Assembly (NCBI GenBank): GCA_036172245.1
Contig: JAYWIR010000037.1
Coordinates: 992,001 to 1,056,000 of the forward strand
Source of the DNA: Raillietiella orientalis
Taxonomy: Eukaryota
Reading direction: 5' to 3'
Length of the DNA stretch: 64,000 nt
Notes under the pieces: generated by a model
Database searches by the model: none
The model's input: the letters and a program-made list of their open reading frames with translations, nothing else
Told to the model about the DNA's origin: nothing
Made by a program: the position numbers and the translations under genes
Part shown: in pieces, positions 27,910-39,050 of the stretch
How positions within the stretch are numbered: position 1 is the first letter of the stretch
How the letters are laid out: the number at the start of each line of letters is the position of its first letter

Positions 27910-28599
27910 CGCTGGAGGCCATGTAGCTACGGTCTCCGAGCGTGACATCACCAAGGGTCGCCAGTTCGAATCCCCACGTGGAGGATCGGCGCCGAGCAAT
28001 GGGTGCTCCGTGGGTTTCGAGTCTCTCATCCGCAGGATGAAGCTGGTTGGCCCATGGGCTTCTGATGAGACACTAGCGGAAGCAGCCTGGTGAGCAACCA
28101 AGATTGGAAGTTGAGACTCCGGGTCCTTCCGGGAATCCAGAGGCCATTCCCCTCCGGTTGTGAAAATGAAGCCGTTTCCCCCTCCCCTTTTCCCCCTTTA
28201 GAGGGACCTTCTACCTTGTACTATGGGGCTGGTGTGTACATTGTGTGAAAAAGTGCGCTGTTCCCTTTGGGGAGGAGCGCCCTCCGGAGAAATTTGGAAG
28301 AGTCCCTTCGGAGTTTCCTTTAGAGGAGCGCTTCCCTTGTAGGTACCCTTCGAAGAAGAAATGAGGAATGACCCCCTCCGGGGGTCCCTGCGGAGAGAAT
28401 AAGTAAGAAATTCCCTTCGGATTTTTCTCTCGAGAGTAAGAGGAACTCACTCCTTCCTCCGGAGTCTTCCTGGTTCCATGGGGTGATATCCTCCCAGGGT
28501 ATCCTCTAACTTGAAGATTCAACACACACACTCGGGTGGTGTGGAACAGCGTCAAAGAGCCTCGAGAACCGCCAAGCAAACGGTTCCTGAGTACTTAGC
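27910..28599 (+). mobile_element. tRNA-headed SINE-like element, copy C (near full length)
   Basis: GTTCGAATCC (~27964), TCATCC-GCA-GGATGA (28026-28040), internal ~40 bp subrepeats, and a 3' block CTCGGGTGGTGTGG...ACGGTTCCTGAGTACTTAGC matching the other copies. Confidence 0.85.
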
Positions 28600-29541
28600 T
28601 TGTCTCGCTCCAGCTGCTTTGGCCTTCGGCCGAGCTCACGGCTCATCCTACCGCTTGTTCTTCGAGGTCGTGCTCGCCCCCTCCAATGTAAATCCTCTTC
28701 CAGCTTTCCCGGCGGCCGAAACCTTGAAACGAACCTCGGGCTTCCCGGATCTCGGGAAAACGCAACGTCTTCCCCCACCCAGAAACCACGAGACGGGAAG
28801 AACATTTCCGATGCCATTCCTACGCCCCCTTGTTAAAGTGCTTTCCGCTTCCAAGCCCTGAAGGTGGCGGGGTCAGTCCGCCATTCTGTCCAAATCGTTT
28901 CCGTTTTGTTGGCTCCACATTCCGTGGGCGAGGCATGCTTATTTGTTTCCCTTCCAGCTCGATCCTCGCTTACCCTATTGCCCCTGTCGCGAACCCTCAG
29001 AGAGGATGATAATGCGGTCCCCAAAGAATTCGATCAATGCTATTAATTTCTTCGGGTCCCCGGAAAACAAACAAACGAGACAGCGCTCAAGGAAGCCTTC
29101 CTTTTCAGGGTTGTTGAAAAAAAAATCGGCTCCATCCAAAGCTCAGCAACCTCCTATACTCCACCCTGCTGCTCCAGAGATCTGCAGCAAAGTCAGCTTT
29201 ACAAGCAACAGGTCAACATTCAGCTTTCGGCGTGAATCTGTTGCATTATATTCGGCCAGCGAGGAGGAAAGAGAAGAGTGGACGGAGCGGAAGGGCGAAA
29301 AGGGGTTGTTTAAAGATGTTTAAGAACAAATCTTGTTCGCTTCACAATGGAAAGGACGCCCGCAACAATCGATTGCTCAGTCCGTGTTTCCTGGTGCGCA
29401 CGTGGCACGTGGATGACACGTGAAACTTGCATCCAGTGCGTCTCGATTTTTTGCCCTGTTTTCGGAGTATGGGATTCCTGCACGCTGACAGTCGTGCCGT
29501 GGCAACGTCTGATTCGTTCGTCAAAGGAGTCTCGAATACCC

Positions 29542-29816
29542 TTCATCTGGCGATTGCCTTCAGATGCACAAGTCAGAAGCCGCGCAGAAGGACAGCATTG
29601 CCTCCTCTTCTGAGACCAGTGGGGAAAGTGCACGGAAACAAAGGTGAGAGGTCGTTTCAAAAGTCGTGCCTTGACAGCAGGAAGGATGAAGATTCCCAAA
29701 TGGCACCTGAAGCACCAGGAAAGAGCGCCTGTGAAGGGCAGCAGTATGATTGAAAGATTCCTCGCATGCCACCCGGCCATCTCAGAACGTTGCTGCATCT
29801 TCCCATCTAAGGAACT
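29542..29816 (+). repeat. inverted repeat IR1, left arm (275 bp)
   Basis: Reverse complement of 31644-31918 without gaps. The core 29547-29801 has only 2 mismatches (29584, 29701); further mismatches lie at the edges. Confidence 0.97.
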
Positions 29817-29819
29817 TCT

Positions 29820-30290
29820 TCACAGGTCCTCCTTATTCAGGTCAGTCCAAATCACCCCACGATCCGGTGGTGTACGGATCTGATTCAAGGTGAGTAGCGG
29901 AAAAAAGAATCCATTCAGCTGGCTAGTAGGATACTACCAGGTAGTTTTCCTTTCTGACGCCTTAGGAGCTAGAACACGTAGTTATTAAAGAGGAAGGAAA
30001 GGAAAATACCAGATTTGGAACGGGGTACCCTGTTTTCCGGAGTGGAGGAGTGTGCACCTGGAGGCCTCCGGAGCATCGCTCCTGTTTCGGTCTCCTTCTG
30101 TGGCGACTTATCCGAGCCAGCCTTGTGGGCAGAAGATTTCAACGCACGATTATGTGCAATTCTCCAGACAGAGAGAACGCCGGGACTCTCAGTTCGTGAG
30201 GATGAACGTTCGTTTCGAGCTCCAGATCTCTTCATCCTATGGAGCATGAGAAATCTTACCGCTGCTTGCATTCCGATGGTATAAGTGAAG
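29820..30290 (+). mobile_element. decayed APE-like relic inside the IR1 spacer
   Basis: ORF 30015..30284: FSGVEECAPG...EPALWAEDFNAR...RAPDLFIL (cf. SVYAP...IIAGDFNAR...SxxDL). Confidence 0.4.
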
Positions 30291-31099
30291 TGTCAAGATG
30301 GCAAGAAGGGCAGTTCCGTCTGGTTTCGGGAAGAACGATGAAATTTCATTGTGAAAATGCATCAGACGCGCAAATGGCAAAATCCGTAAGCCATCAGCTG
30401 AAAAGATCGTTGAGAACGGATCCGACTTTCGTGGTGACTGAGGTCGCCACATTTCTCGCCCAGCACCGGAGGTAAGTGACCTTCCGCTTCATGCACCCGA
30501 ATCCACTTTATTCTCAAGAGGCGCTTTAATTCATCCTAGGCTCTGTCTCTTTTCAATCCCATCTTGAGATGCGAAATTACGGATTCGACTGCCGCCCCCC
30601 TCATCATCTTTACAATTCTTAATTATTCTGACTAATCTTCAAAGGTTCCTGCAATTGAAAATGAAGCGTCAAGTGACCTCAGAGCTTTTGACTTCCGTTT
30701 GGATCCTTTGGGGATGGTTTCGAATACAACCTTGTTTTAGTGCAGAGATGCACACTTTTCCCATTATTGCCTTGTTGTGATACTTGCGATGCAGCGATGT
30801 TCACAGCGTTCCGGCGAGCACGCAATTTCTGTCCAGTGCTCCGTGCACGTCCTGCCTGCTCATCTTTCGCTACGAGCATGCACCTTGGTTTCGGGCTCCT
30901 CTCAGGTGGAACAGGAGTTCACTCTAGAAATTCCCCAGCATACAGAGAAGCGATCTTGGTACTCGCCAGTGGTACCTACCTCCGCATTTTCCGTACGACG
31001 CTGCTGGACCGTTCGCAACTACTTGCGCGTACAGAGTTGGTTTTCGATCGAGCGCGAGACTCATCTGGAGTGATTATCGTCTTGCACCACACATCTTTC

Positions 31100-31643
31100 C
31101 GATATCCCAAGCTTGCTTCCCACGCTTGCTCACCTTGCTCTCATTCCGCTCCTTTGTTTTTCCCAGAGGCCATTTCCCTTCCTGACAAACTCTCAAGTAT
31201 CAGGGAATACATTGTGTTCCCCCTCCAGTGTGATCCGCTAGAATACGACATCCTTGGTGCTTCTCTCGAAGCCTTGAAACCATCGAGGTGCTCCAAGCAG
31301 TACCGCAGTATCCTGACTCGCCACTTCGTTCCTGTTCGGCATCGCGGAACAGGCTGATTTTCAAAGTAGGGAGAACCCTGAAAATGGAAGCTGACTGAAG
31401 TTTATTCTTTTTCGATGGTGATTATTTTTGATGGAAAGGTACAGAGGAAGAACAGGAACAAACACTGAAGGATCAGGAAAGAAATACAAGCAAACGATCG
31501 GGAGGTAAACATTTTCCTCCGCACACAGAGAAGGCATATCTCAGAACTTAGGATTCGAATGGACACCGCCATCATTGGAGGTGTCCACATGGATCTCTAT
31601 TTGCTTGGATGTAGACAGAAAACACGACCAGGATGCGAAATGG
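31100..31643 (-). mobile_element. decayed APE-like relic inside the IR1 spacer, beginning at the inner edge of the right arm
   Basis: KLHFASWSCFLSTSKQIEI (cf. LxIASWNCxxLxSKxxEL), SEICLLC, then CRILADH and RKGNGLWE further downstream. Confidence 0.35.
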
Positions 31644-31918
31644 AGTTTCTGAGATGGAAAGATGCAGCAACGTTCTGAGATGGCCGGGTGGCATGCGAGG
31701 AATCTTTCAATCATACTGCTGCCCTTCACAGGCGCTCTTTCCTGGTGCTTCAGGTGCCCTTTGGGAATCTTCATCCTTCCTGCTGTCAAGGCACGACTTT
31801 TGAAACGACCTCTCACCTTTGTTTCCGTGCACTTTCCCCACTGGTCTCAGAAGAGGAGGCAATGCTGTCCTTCTGTGCGGCTTCTGACTTGTGCATCTGA
31901 AGGCAATCGCCAGCTGAA
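31644..31918 (-). repeat. inverted repeat IR1, right arm
   Basis: Reverse complement of 29542-29816. The ORF track shows near-identical peptides on opposite strands (29310..29798 - and 31662..31964 +). Confidence 0.97.
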
Positions 31919-32721
31919 AGATGACCAAAGTACCCGATCGACCATTTTCCCCACGTTCCGATAGCGCAAATCTTGTTTCGGAAATTCTGCAAGCGGCGCG
32001 CCATAACGGTAGTGCCCACTGTGCACTTGCAAATGAGGAAACTTTTTAAATGCGAAACAGTGCTCCAAGGCTTCGACCCAGCTGCAAACAGGGAGCCCCG
32101 AATTCGCTCCTTGCACTACGGGAACCGGGAAGACTTCAAGAAGGTTTGCCTCCAAGGCTTTACCGGACGGCTCCGACCAATCGGCTGGTTCAATCGATTC
32201 GAAAGAACAAAAACAGAAAAAATGTCCGTTCAGTTCAAGTGACGAAACGTGTCCAGATGCATCTCTCTGCGCACCTTGCTGTGATCACTTTCCATTCTAC
32301 TGAGCAGTGATCTTTGAGACAACTTGGGCTGCTGATCCACTAGGCCAGGATCACTTATCGGAGAATGTGTCCTCGTTTTTTGAAGGTAGAAGAGCTTCTC
32401 GTTCGCTTTTTCTTCCTCTTAGGCAATCATGGTTCATTTTGAATTTCAGCATCCAGAGATTCTTTACCTTCTACCATCTCTGCGATGATTCCAGGACGGC
32501 GCATTCATCTGGGAGTAGGTATTCCCTGAAATACCCCTTGCGCGTTTTTCTCCCATGCCCCTTACTTCGCAACGGTTCATCGCTGCACCCAGCCATACGC
32601 CTCCGGTCTTGCAGGTTTTCTCGACGAGATGCGTATTTGCAGAATGCGATTTCCGAGAAACCCCAGACAGGAGGCGTCAGCAGCAACTTCCCTAACTTCA
32701 CAGTTTTTTTTTCCCTAGGGT

Positions 32722-33255
32722 TCATGTCAGGCTTGCTAGGTCATCTCCCTCCGAGCCCCGTGCAGGAAAATCAGCTTCCTCCTTGTGTTTTACAACAGTA
32801 GCCACCTCCTCCCTGAGAAAATCATCTGCTGGGTCCGTCCATCGAAGGGTTGCGCGGGTGAATTCCTCATCCTCGCTGCCGCCCCCCCGTGCAGGATCTT
32901 CGTGACGAGAGTTAGTGCTCCCGAGTGCTGGCGCCCTCGCATGCTGACCGCTCCTGTTCGCCGGTGGGGAAGAATAGGAGGCGAATACGTAGGAACGATA
33001 CCCCGGGAGAGATTTGCTGAGCACGCGTGTTCCTGGAACGCTTTTCTTTCTACAGATGCTGGAGACATGCAAGCGGCAAAGAGTCCTACGGATTCTCCGA
33101 GACGAAGACGAGGATGTCCGGGGAGCCATTTCACTCCGGAGGAATCCGTCTCCGCCGAAGCAAAAATTGGAGATTGAAAGGAGGATCTCAGGTTGCAGCG
33201 CTCCCAGAGAGCTCCTCTTAGCTTTCAACCAGTAGTAATCATCCTCCGTTGCCAC
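32722..33255 (-). mobile_element. decayed LINE APE endonuclease relic (177-codon open frame)
   Basis: WLKAKRSSL..LQPEILLSIS...VFASYSSPP...ALGSTNSRH...RG (cf. GLxxKxxEL..PDIILLSE...ASxYSPP...ILGDFNxRH). Confidence 0.42.
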
Positions 33256-33829
33256 CCCTCGGCTACGATATTGCCCGTGAGCAAAGCTCCTCTGAGTTTG
33301 GAAAAACAGAATGGGGATGCAGGGAATCTGAGCCCTGACCCCAAGAATTTAGACACCGGTTGTTCTTGCCCAGCCAGGAACCCACGACAGGAGACAGTTC
33401 GAAGCCCTCACACAGGTGGTGTGTCAGAGCGCAGACCCGCGGCCTGACTCTCTAGAACTGCCTCCATGCACGGGACTCAAAAGAGGCACAAGACAGAGTC
33501 AGGAACCTGGACGGCTCTGACTCTGTCTTGGGACCCCGGATTTTGAAATGATGATGCTGCGGACAAAGCTCTGTTCAGCAGTCCACTGTGACTCGAGCGC
33601 GGCAACTCTAGCGAATGTCTTTGTTGGATGCTCCCCTGAGAGAGAGAATTCAGCAAGCATGCTAAAAGAATTTCCCATTTCTGGGTCCAGGCTGACAAAA
33701 AACATGCATCACACAGGCCATGGTTTTGGGTCGACCAAAAAAAAAAAATGGCAAAAAGGGAAGAAATTTTCCTATGGATTTCCTTCTTTCTGGAAGAAAA
33801 CAAAATTCTCAGGACCAAACTGATTCTCC

Positions 33830-35350
33830 TTCATTTTGGTCCGTAGCACGTATACCAGTACATTCTTGGACCCCCGTGTTGTTCGAGGGGCTCTGGCTAA
33901 TCACTACGAACGGTAGCAATCTTGAGCCCTCCCTTCCTGTGGAATATGGGAAGACTGTCCTGGCACACATCCAGTGGCTTCTATAACTCGTAACGGTAGA
34001 CGACAGTCGTCCTACTCTTTTCGAGAAAGAGACAGACGAAAGAACATCTGGAGGATGGCTTCTTGCCCAAGCATGGGAGTCGTTGGGGAAGGCGGCTGCC
34101 TTTTCTGGGAGTCGGCAGCAACGTCCTCTTCGACAAGGGATGCCAAAACCGTGGAGAGAATGATGGCAGTTTCACCGGACGTCAGTGAGCTGGGTAGGGG
34201 TGCCGAGTTTCCAGCTTCCTGAGCTTGCATGCTACCGGGATACCAGATTCTCTTGAGAAGTCTTGCCTGAGGAAGTGGGAGCTCCCCATCCGCTCCGCCT
34301 CGTCTTCCTGACCCTCAGCAGAAATGGGCCGGTTCGTGAAACAGGGCAATTGATGGTCAGGCAGTTTCACAGGAAAGAAGCCTCCTGGAGGCTCTCCTTC
34401 TCCTTCCCTGGTCGAAAGGCTCCTCCAGTCTCGTGTTGCAAGTTTTTCATTCATCCAGATGGTGCATTGGGAATGCATTCGCTGAGGTTGTCCATTTCCA
34501 GGAAAGCAGCCGTTCCGGGTTCCCTTTGCCCCGAAGCTCAAGCACTCCTCAGACACTCTCTGAGAGGCTTGGAGGCGCGTCCGTGGCTCTTCAGCTGCTT
34601 CGAAATAACCTCCTCGTGGGATTCGAGACTTCCAAGCCACCAAGATCGGCGCGCGCGATGCCTGGAAGCGTCATTCCCTCCACTCCTTGCAGCACACCAA
34701 AAGCTCCGCTCTCCAGACACCCTCCACGGACTTTCCCCCAGGCGATCGCCTCTGAAGAGAGCGCTCTAATCCTTAGCGCGCTGAGTGCTCCTTCGTCAGG
34801 GACGGCGTCCCTTTCTTCCTTCCCTTCTGATTTCTTAATCACGAAGTCTCTGGGAGTCCGCATGGAACCCTCAAGCTCCTTGGAAAGGCGATCCCGAGAT
34901 CCCCTCTCTCTGCCCCCTCCCTTCCTTTGACTAATTCGGGTCTTGATAGCCATCATGAGCAACCCATGACCTGTCCACTACTGGGAAGGTCACGGGCCTT
35001 ATCCCTCACGATCAAAACCAAGCAGGAATCAGGGAGGACCGAGCCTCAGCAGCAAAGGGAAGGGAAATGGAGCCCTTCTGTCAGCGGAGGAGGGAGATAC
35101 ATGCCGGAGGAAGAGTCGGTTCGCCTCCCTCGAGAGCCCTGCGGACAGGATGGTCATGACCCTTCCTGGTGGCTACACTTGCTGCATCTGCTCTTAGCAA
35201 ACGCCCGCGAGGACTTGTGGTGTCCCGACTGTGAGGCGCTACCCTGTCCTGTGCTCAAACTCAACCGATTCCCACTCCCTTTCGAGGACCCCTTCCCGAA
35301 ATCGTCCCACTCCGGGAAAACCCCTTCCTTACTTTAAAGCACCTCCCTCG
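33830..35350 (-). mobile_element. decayed Ty3/gypsy-like gag-protease-integrase relic with no RT/RNase H between protease and integrase
   Basis: Degenerate knuckle CSKC..QEG(H)..CP (35141-35190), DAVPDEGA (34783-34809; cf. ALLDxGA), VSEECLSF (~34545), FLRQDFSRESGIP (~34250; cf. FLxxxIFxRxGIP) and RLLPFVV..NNTGVQECTG (33850-33925; cf. LLPFVxFAYNTxVQETTG). Confidence 0.5.
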
Positions 35351-37431
35351 AGCCCGACCGCATGATTCTCTCAAAGAGAAGTCGTCTCCACGAATCCACC
35401 GGGAGAAAAGGTGTCGCCGACGTCGTCCCTATCTGGAGGGAGGGGGAAGGAAACGAAATTCAGCAGCCAGTGAGACTCTCATTTCCTTGAGCCCTCAGGG
35501 GAAGTCGAAGCAACTCCGTGCACGTTTGCAGAGCCGGAAGATGCAGTCCCATCCTTCTACGTTTACCCGGCACGCGAACTCTTCCCTTCCACATCACGAG
35601 CACCTCTGGGCAAACCACCCTCGTTTTGTCAGGGGCACCACCTGGAAGGAACTCAGATCCCAGGAGGATAAAAAGTGAGGAAGGGTCTGGATAACAATGG
35701 TGGCGGCACCTCTTCCTCCTCCTCTCCCCGATTCCTCAAAGTGGAGCCGGGAATCTTTCTCGAAAGCCTCACATCAGCCCATCCGGGACGACGACGAACG
35801 CTCATGCAAACTCCCTCCTTCTCTCTTCCCCTCCTCTTCTCCTGGAAACGTGTTCCTTTGTTCCTCTTCTTCACGTTGAGAAATTCCTGGGGAGTCACAC
35901 CTTCGGAGGAGGGCACAAGCTGTTTCTGGTCGTCTCTCTGGGTAATGGATCTGCTGGCAACAAGAAGACTCGACTCACCCGAAGGGCTCCCGAGGGTGCT
36001 CTGGCAAAAGATGCCAGGGAGAGGGGGAACAGAGGAGCTGGTGAGCGCACCACGGCTTTCCGTAGTGCCCATGGTCTTCGGGATGGGGTTAAGTGGGGTG
36101 AAAGACCTCTTATGAGTTGCCTTTATGGGTTTGCGATGTGCCGCTGGGGCTCCCAGGGCATCGCCTGGACCAAGAGGATCTTCTCCCAGAAAGAGCGCTT
36201 GAACATCTGTCGAGCTTCCCTGTTGGATTCTTCAGGAATGGAAATGATGCAATCAAGTCAGGAAGAAGGGTCTTTCTCCCTAGAACGACTTTTTCTCCCG
36301 TCATCCACCATCGGAGCCGCTTCTGGATGGTCCCAATCGCTCCCTTCCTCTTCCTGTGTCCCCTGCCTCTTCGCGCGAGGGATCCACATCCCGTCGAAAG
36401 ACCACGCGCTCCCTATGCTCCTCTGCCCCCGGACCTACCAGAAAAACAGGGATAGCCTGTTTTCATGGTCGCCTCTGAGGTGGAAGGAAAGAAAGAAATG
36501 GCAGCCGCCTCTCGTCGTTCATTCGCCATCCCGGAAGGCAGGAAACGCTCCCACTTCACTTTCTCTCTCCTCCGACGGCAAGGTCCCACGAGCCACGCAA
36601 GAGGGTCAGAAGCCACTCTCGCAACCCCATTTCCCTCTTTCCCTACCGCGGTCCCGGCGTGGGGACTCCGCAGGACGGACGAGCTACTCCTCCGACGGAG
36701 ACCTCCCCGAATTCCTGGTCTGATGGGATCGGCGAACCCCGGGCCTATAAATTCATCATTGAGCCCGCCGAATGACGTTTAATCTCGGCGAGGCGCCGGG
36801 AATGCCACCTGCCGGGATCGCAATCCCCGCTCCCAGCGAGGGACCTCGCTGCTGGAAGTCCCAAGCAGCGCGCGCGCGGTCGCCGCGGCATCGCTTCCGC
36901 GCGCGATTCCGGAGCGCACCAAGCGCGGGTGCGCGCCCCATGGGCCGGTGGGCGCGCCGGCAACATGCACCTGCCAAGAGGGGGAGCCCAGATCTCCTGG
37001 TTGGAAAAGGTCCTGTGGGGCCGCGAGCATGGGCGGGTGCCCTGAGGAGGTGCCTCCCTTGTCAGGAGTGCGCTCGCCCACTGCCCGCGGGCGGGAAAAG
37101 GGAAAAAAGGGGGACGTCGCTGCGGCCGTGGGAGGCAAACTGCGGGCTATAAAGGACGTTTGGGAAGTGCACGGTGCCCGGCCAAACGCTGTTTTCGGGT
37201 AACGTGGGTATTTACCTCGTGGATGCCCGAGCGAGGGATCTGCTAGCGACGGAGCTTCCGAAGCTCCTCAAGGAGCAGTTTTTCGCTCGCTCCCCCACCC
37301 TGAAAAGGGAACATTCTGTAGCCCAAGCCATTGCAGCCACCGTCAGCCCTGTTGCGCCCAGGCTGGAAGCCTGCGTGTGCGATCGTCCTAGTCCTCCATT
37401 CGACTGCGTCCATTTCGCTATCTCGTTACGC

Positions 37432-37752
37432 GAGGGTGTTCCGTGACGTCTCCATCCGAGGCGGCTGCCCCATTATCTCCCCCCGACAGAGGGTGTTTCG
37501 TGATGTCTCCATCCGAGGGCGGCTGCTCCATTATCTCCCCCAATAGAGGGTGTTCCGTGACGTCTCCATCCGAAAGCGGCTGTTTTATTATCGTTCCCCG
37601 ACAGAGGGTGTTCCGTGACGTCTCCATCCGAGGGCGGCTGATCCGTTGTCTCTCCCCGTCAGAGTGTGTTCCGTGACGTTCCCATTAGAGTGCGATTTGC
37701 GCTATTACGTGCTGATTTAAGCTCATTCTTCCCGTGACGTCTCCATTAGAGT
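37432..37752. repeat. 57-58 bp minisatellite: 4 conserved units plus 2 degenerate units
   Basis: Units start at 37432, 37489, 37546, 37604 and 37662, with a partial core at ~37729. Consensus GAGGGTGTTCCGTGACGTCTCCATCCGAGGGCGGCTG(N4)ATTATCTCCCCC(C)GACA. Confidence 0.95.
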
Positions 37753-38649
37753 ACGCTCGCTTCATTTTTCCTCCATCCATCACCATGGCTCTGTGGAATG
37801 CTCTCTGGTCCAAGGACGACAGAAGCATTCGTCATCATGCCGCTGAATTCACATGGCGGTTTGACTAGAGAGCCAAGCCAAAGGTCTTTCTCCAATGAAT
37901 TGATGGAGAGAAGTTCTAGGATGCTGTGGATGGACTCATTTTTCCGATGAGGGATCAGATGGTTAGCCACGCAGGTACCACCACCAGATGCGCGGGAGGA
38001 ATTTCGTGCAGATGAATGTTTGGGGAGTGGGGAACGGCTCTTCTCAGTCTCACTGTGGAAGCTGCAGCTCTGAGAAACATAAGAGCACATTTTGGACCTG
38101 GAAGCCCTCTTAACAAAGAGTGACATCGCTGGAGATGCTGGACGGAAAAGGCAGCAAGCGGAAAAAGCACTGTTTCTGATGCTGCTGCAGACAAGAACTC
38201 TCGGCTGAGTCAAAACGAGCTGGTGTGTGGAGATGAAGCCCCCATCTGCCCTGTGGTGGATAAGGAAAAAAATCCCCCAAGCAATGCCGCTGGTTCCCAG
38301 AGTTAGAGAATGCTCCAGGAGAGTCCGACCTTTAGCAACCGAGCAAAGCAGTGAGAGAGAGAGAAAGAGATCGTGGCCCTGACTTCTGCTAGGGGAGCGT
38401 GTCGAATGAGAGTCTGTGTTGCCTGTTTCCCCGGCAAGTACCGAGGACCGAATGCTGCAATCGGGTCGCACGGGACGTTAAGCAGGACAACATGCACTCA
38501 ACCCCGATTTAGCGCCACTGTTTGTTGCTCAAACATATGGGCGCCGTAAAAAGGGAAGTCAGAGGGGGAGCTGGGTGTTTCAACATGAATGCAGTTGATA
38601 ACGCGATCTGAATCTGAATAAAGTAGGGTTGCAGGGTGAGGAGGAAGGT

Positions 38650-39050
38650 GACAAAAAGACATCGTTTCGAATTTTACACAAAATATCGATGAAGGAAGGC
38701 AAAACGACCGCAGGGTGAAGATTGCGCTGCACGCGGCAAGAACACACGCGGGTTATGTGGGGTGTAAAATAGGGAGCCGGAACACTTTTCCGGGCAATAG
38801 CCGACGGGCACCGAACAGCTCAGAAGATCTCTTGTGTCGCGCAAAAGATGCGCTTTGTGGAATAACTTGCCTTCCGTGCCCCACGCGTTCCTGGATCGGC
38901 AGCAGCCGGCGGACACAGAACTCCAGTTTGGACCTCAGTAATTGACAGATGAGACTTGTACCTTCCTTTGCTGGTTTCCACGTGTGCTTTCCAATGATGA
39001 CCACAGCTGACATGTGCAGCAGCGGGCTCTCGGATCTGCTCACGGACAGA
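38650..39050 (-). mobile_element. possible decayed gypsy integrase (H2C2 region)
   Basis: QIREPAAAHVSCGHH..KGRY (cf. xILxxAHxxxGHxG..RY), SVPVGYCPEK, FAFLHRYFV. Weak. Confidence 0.25.

Noticed and set aside
29564..30520. Protein-coding gene model with micro-introns in IR1
   Set aside because: The splice combinations I tried reached a stop within ~60 codons. Kept only as a possible non-coding transcript.
37432..37752. CRISPR-like array (37 bp repeat plus ~20 bp variable part)
   Set aside because: The variable parts are clearly homologous to each other and too short, there are no cas genes, and the context is eukaryotic. It is a minisatellite.
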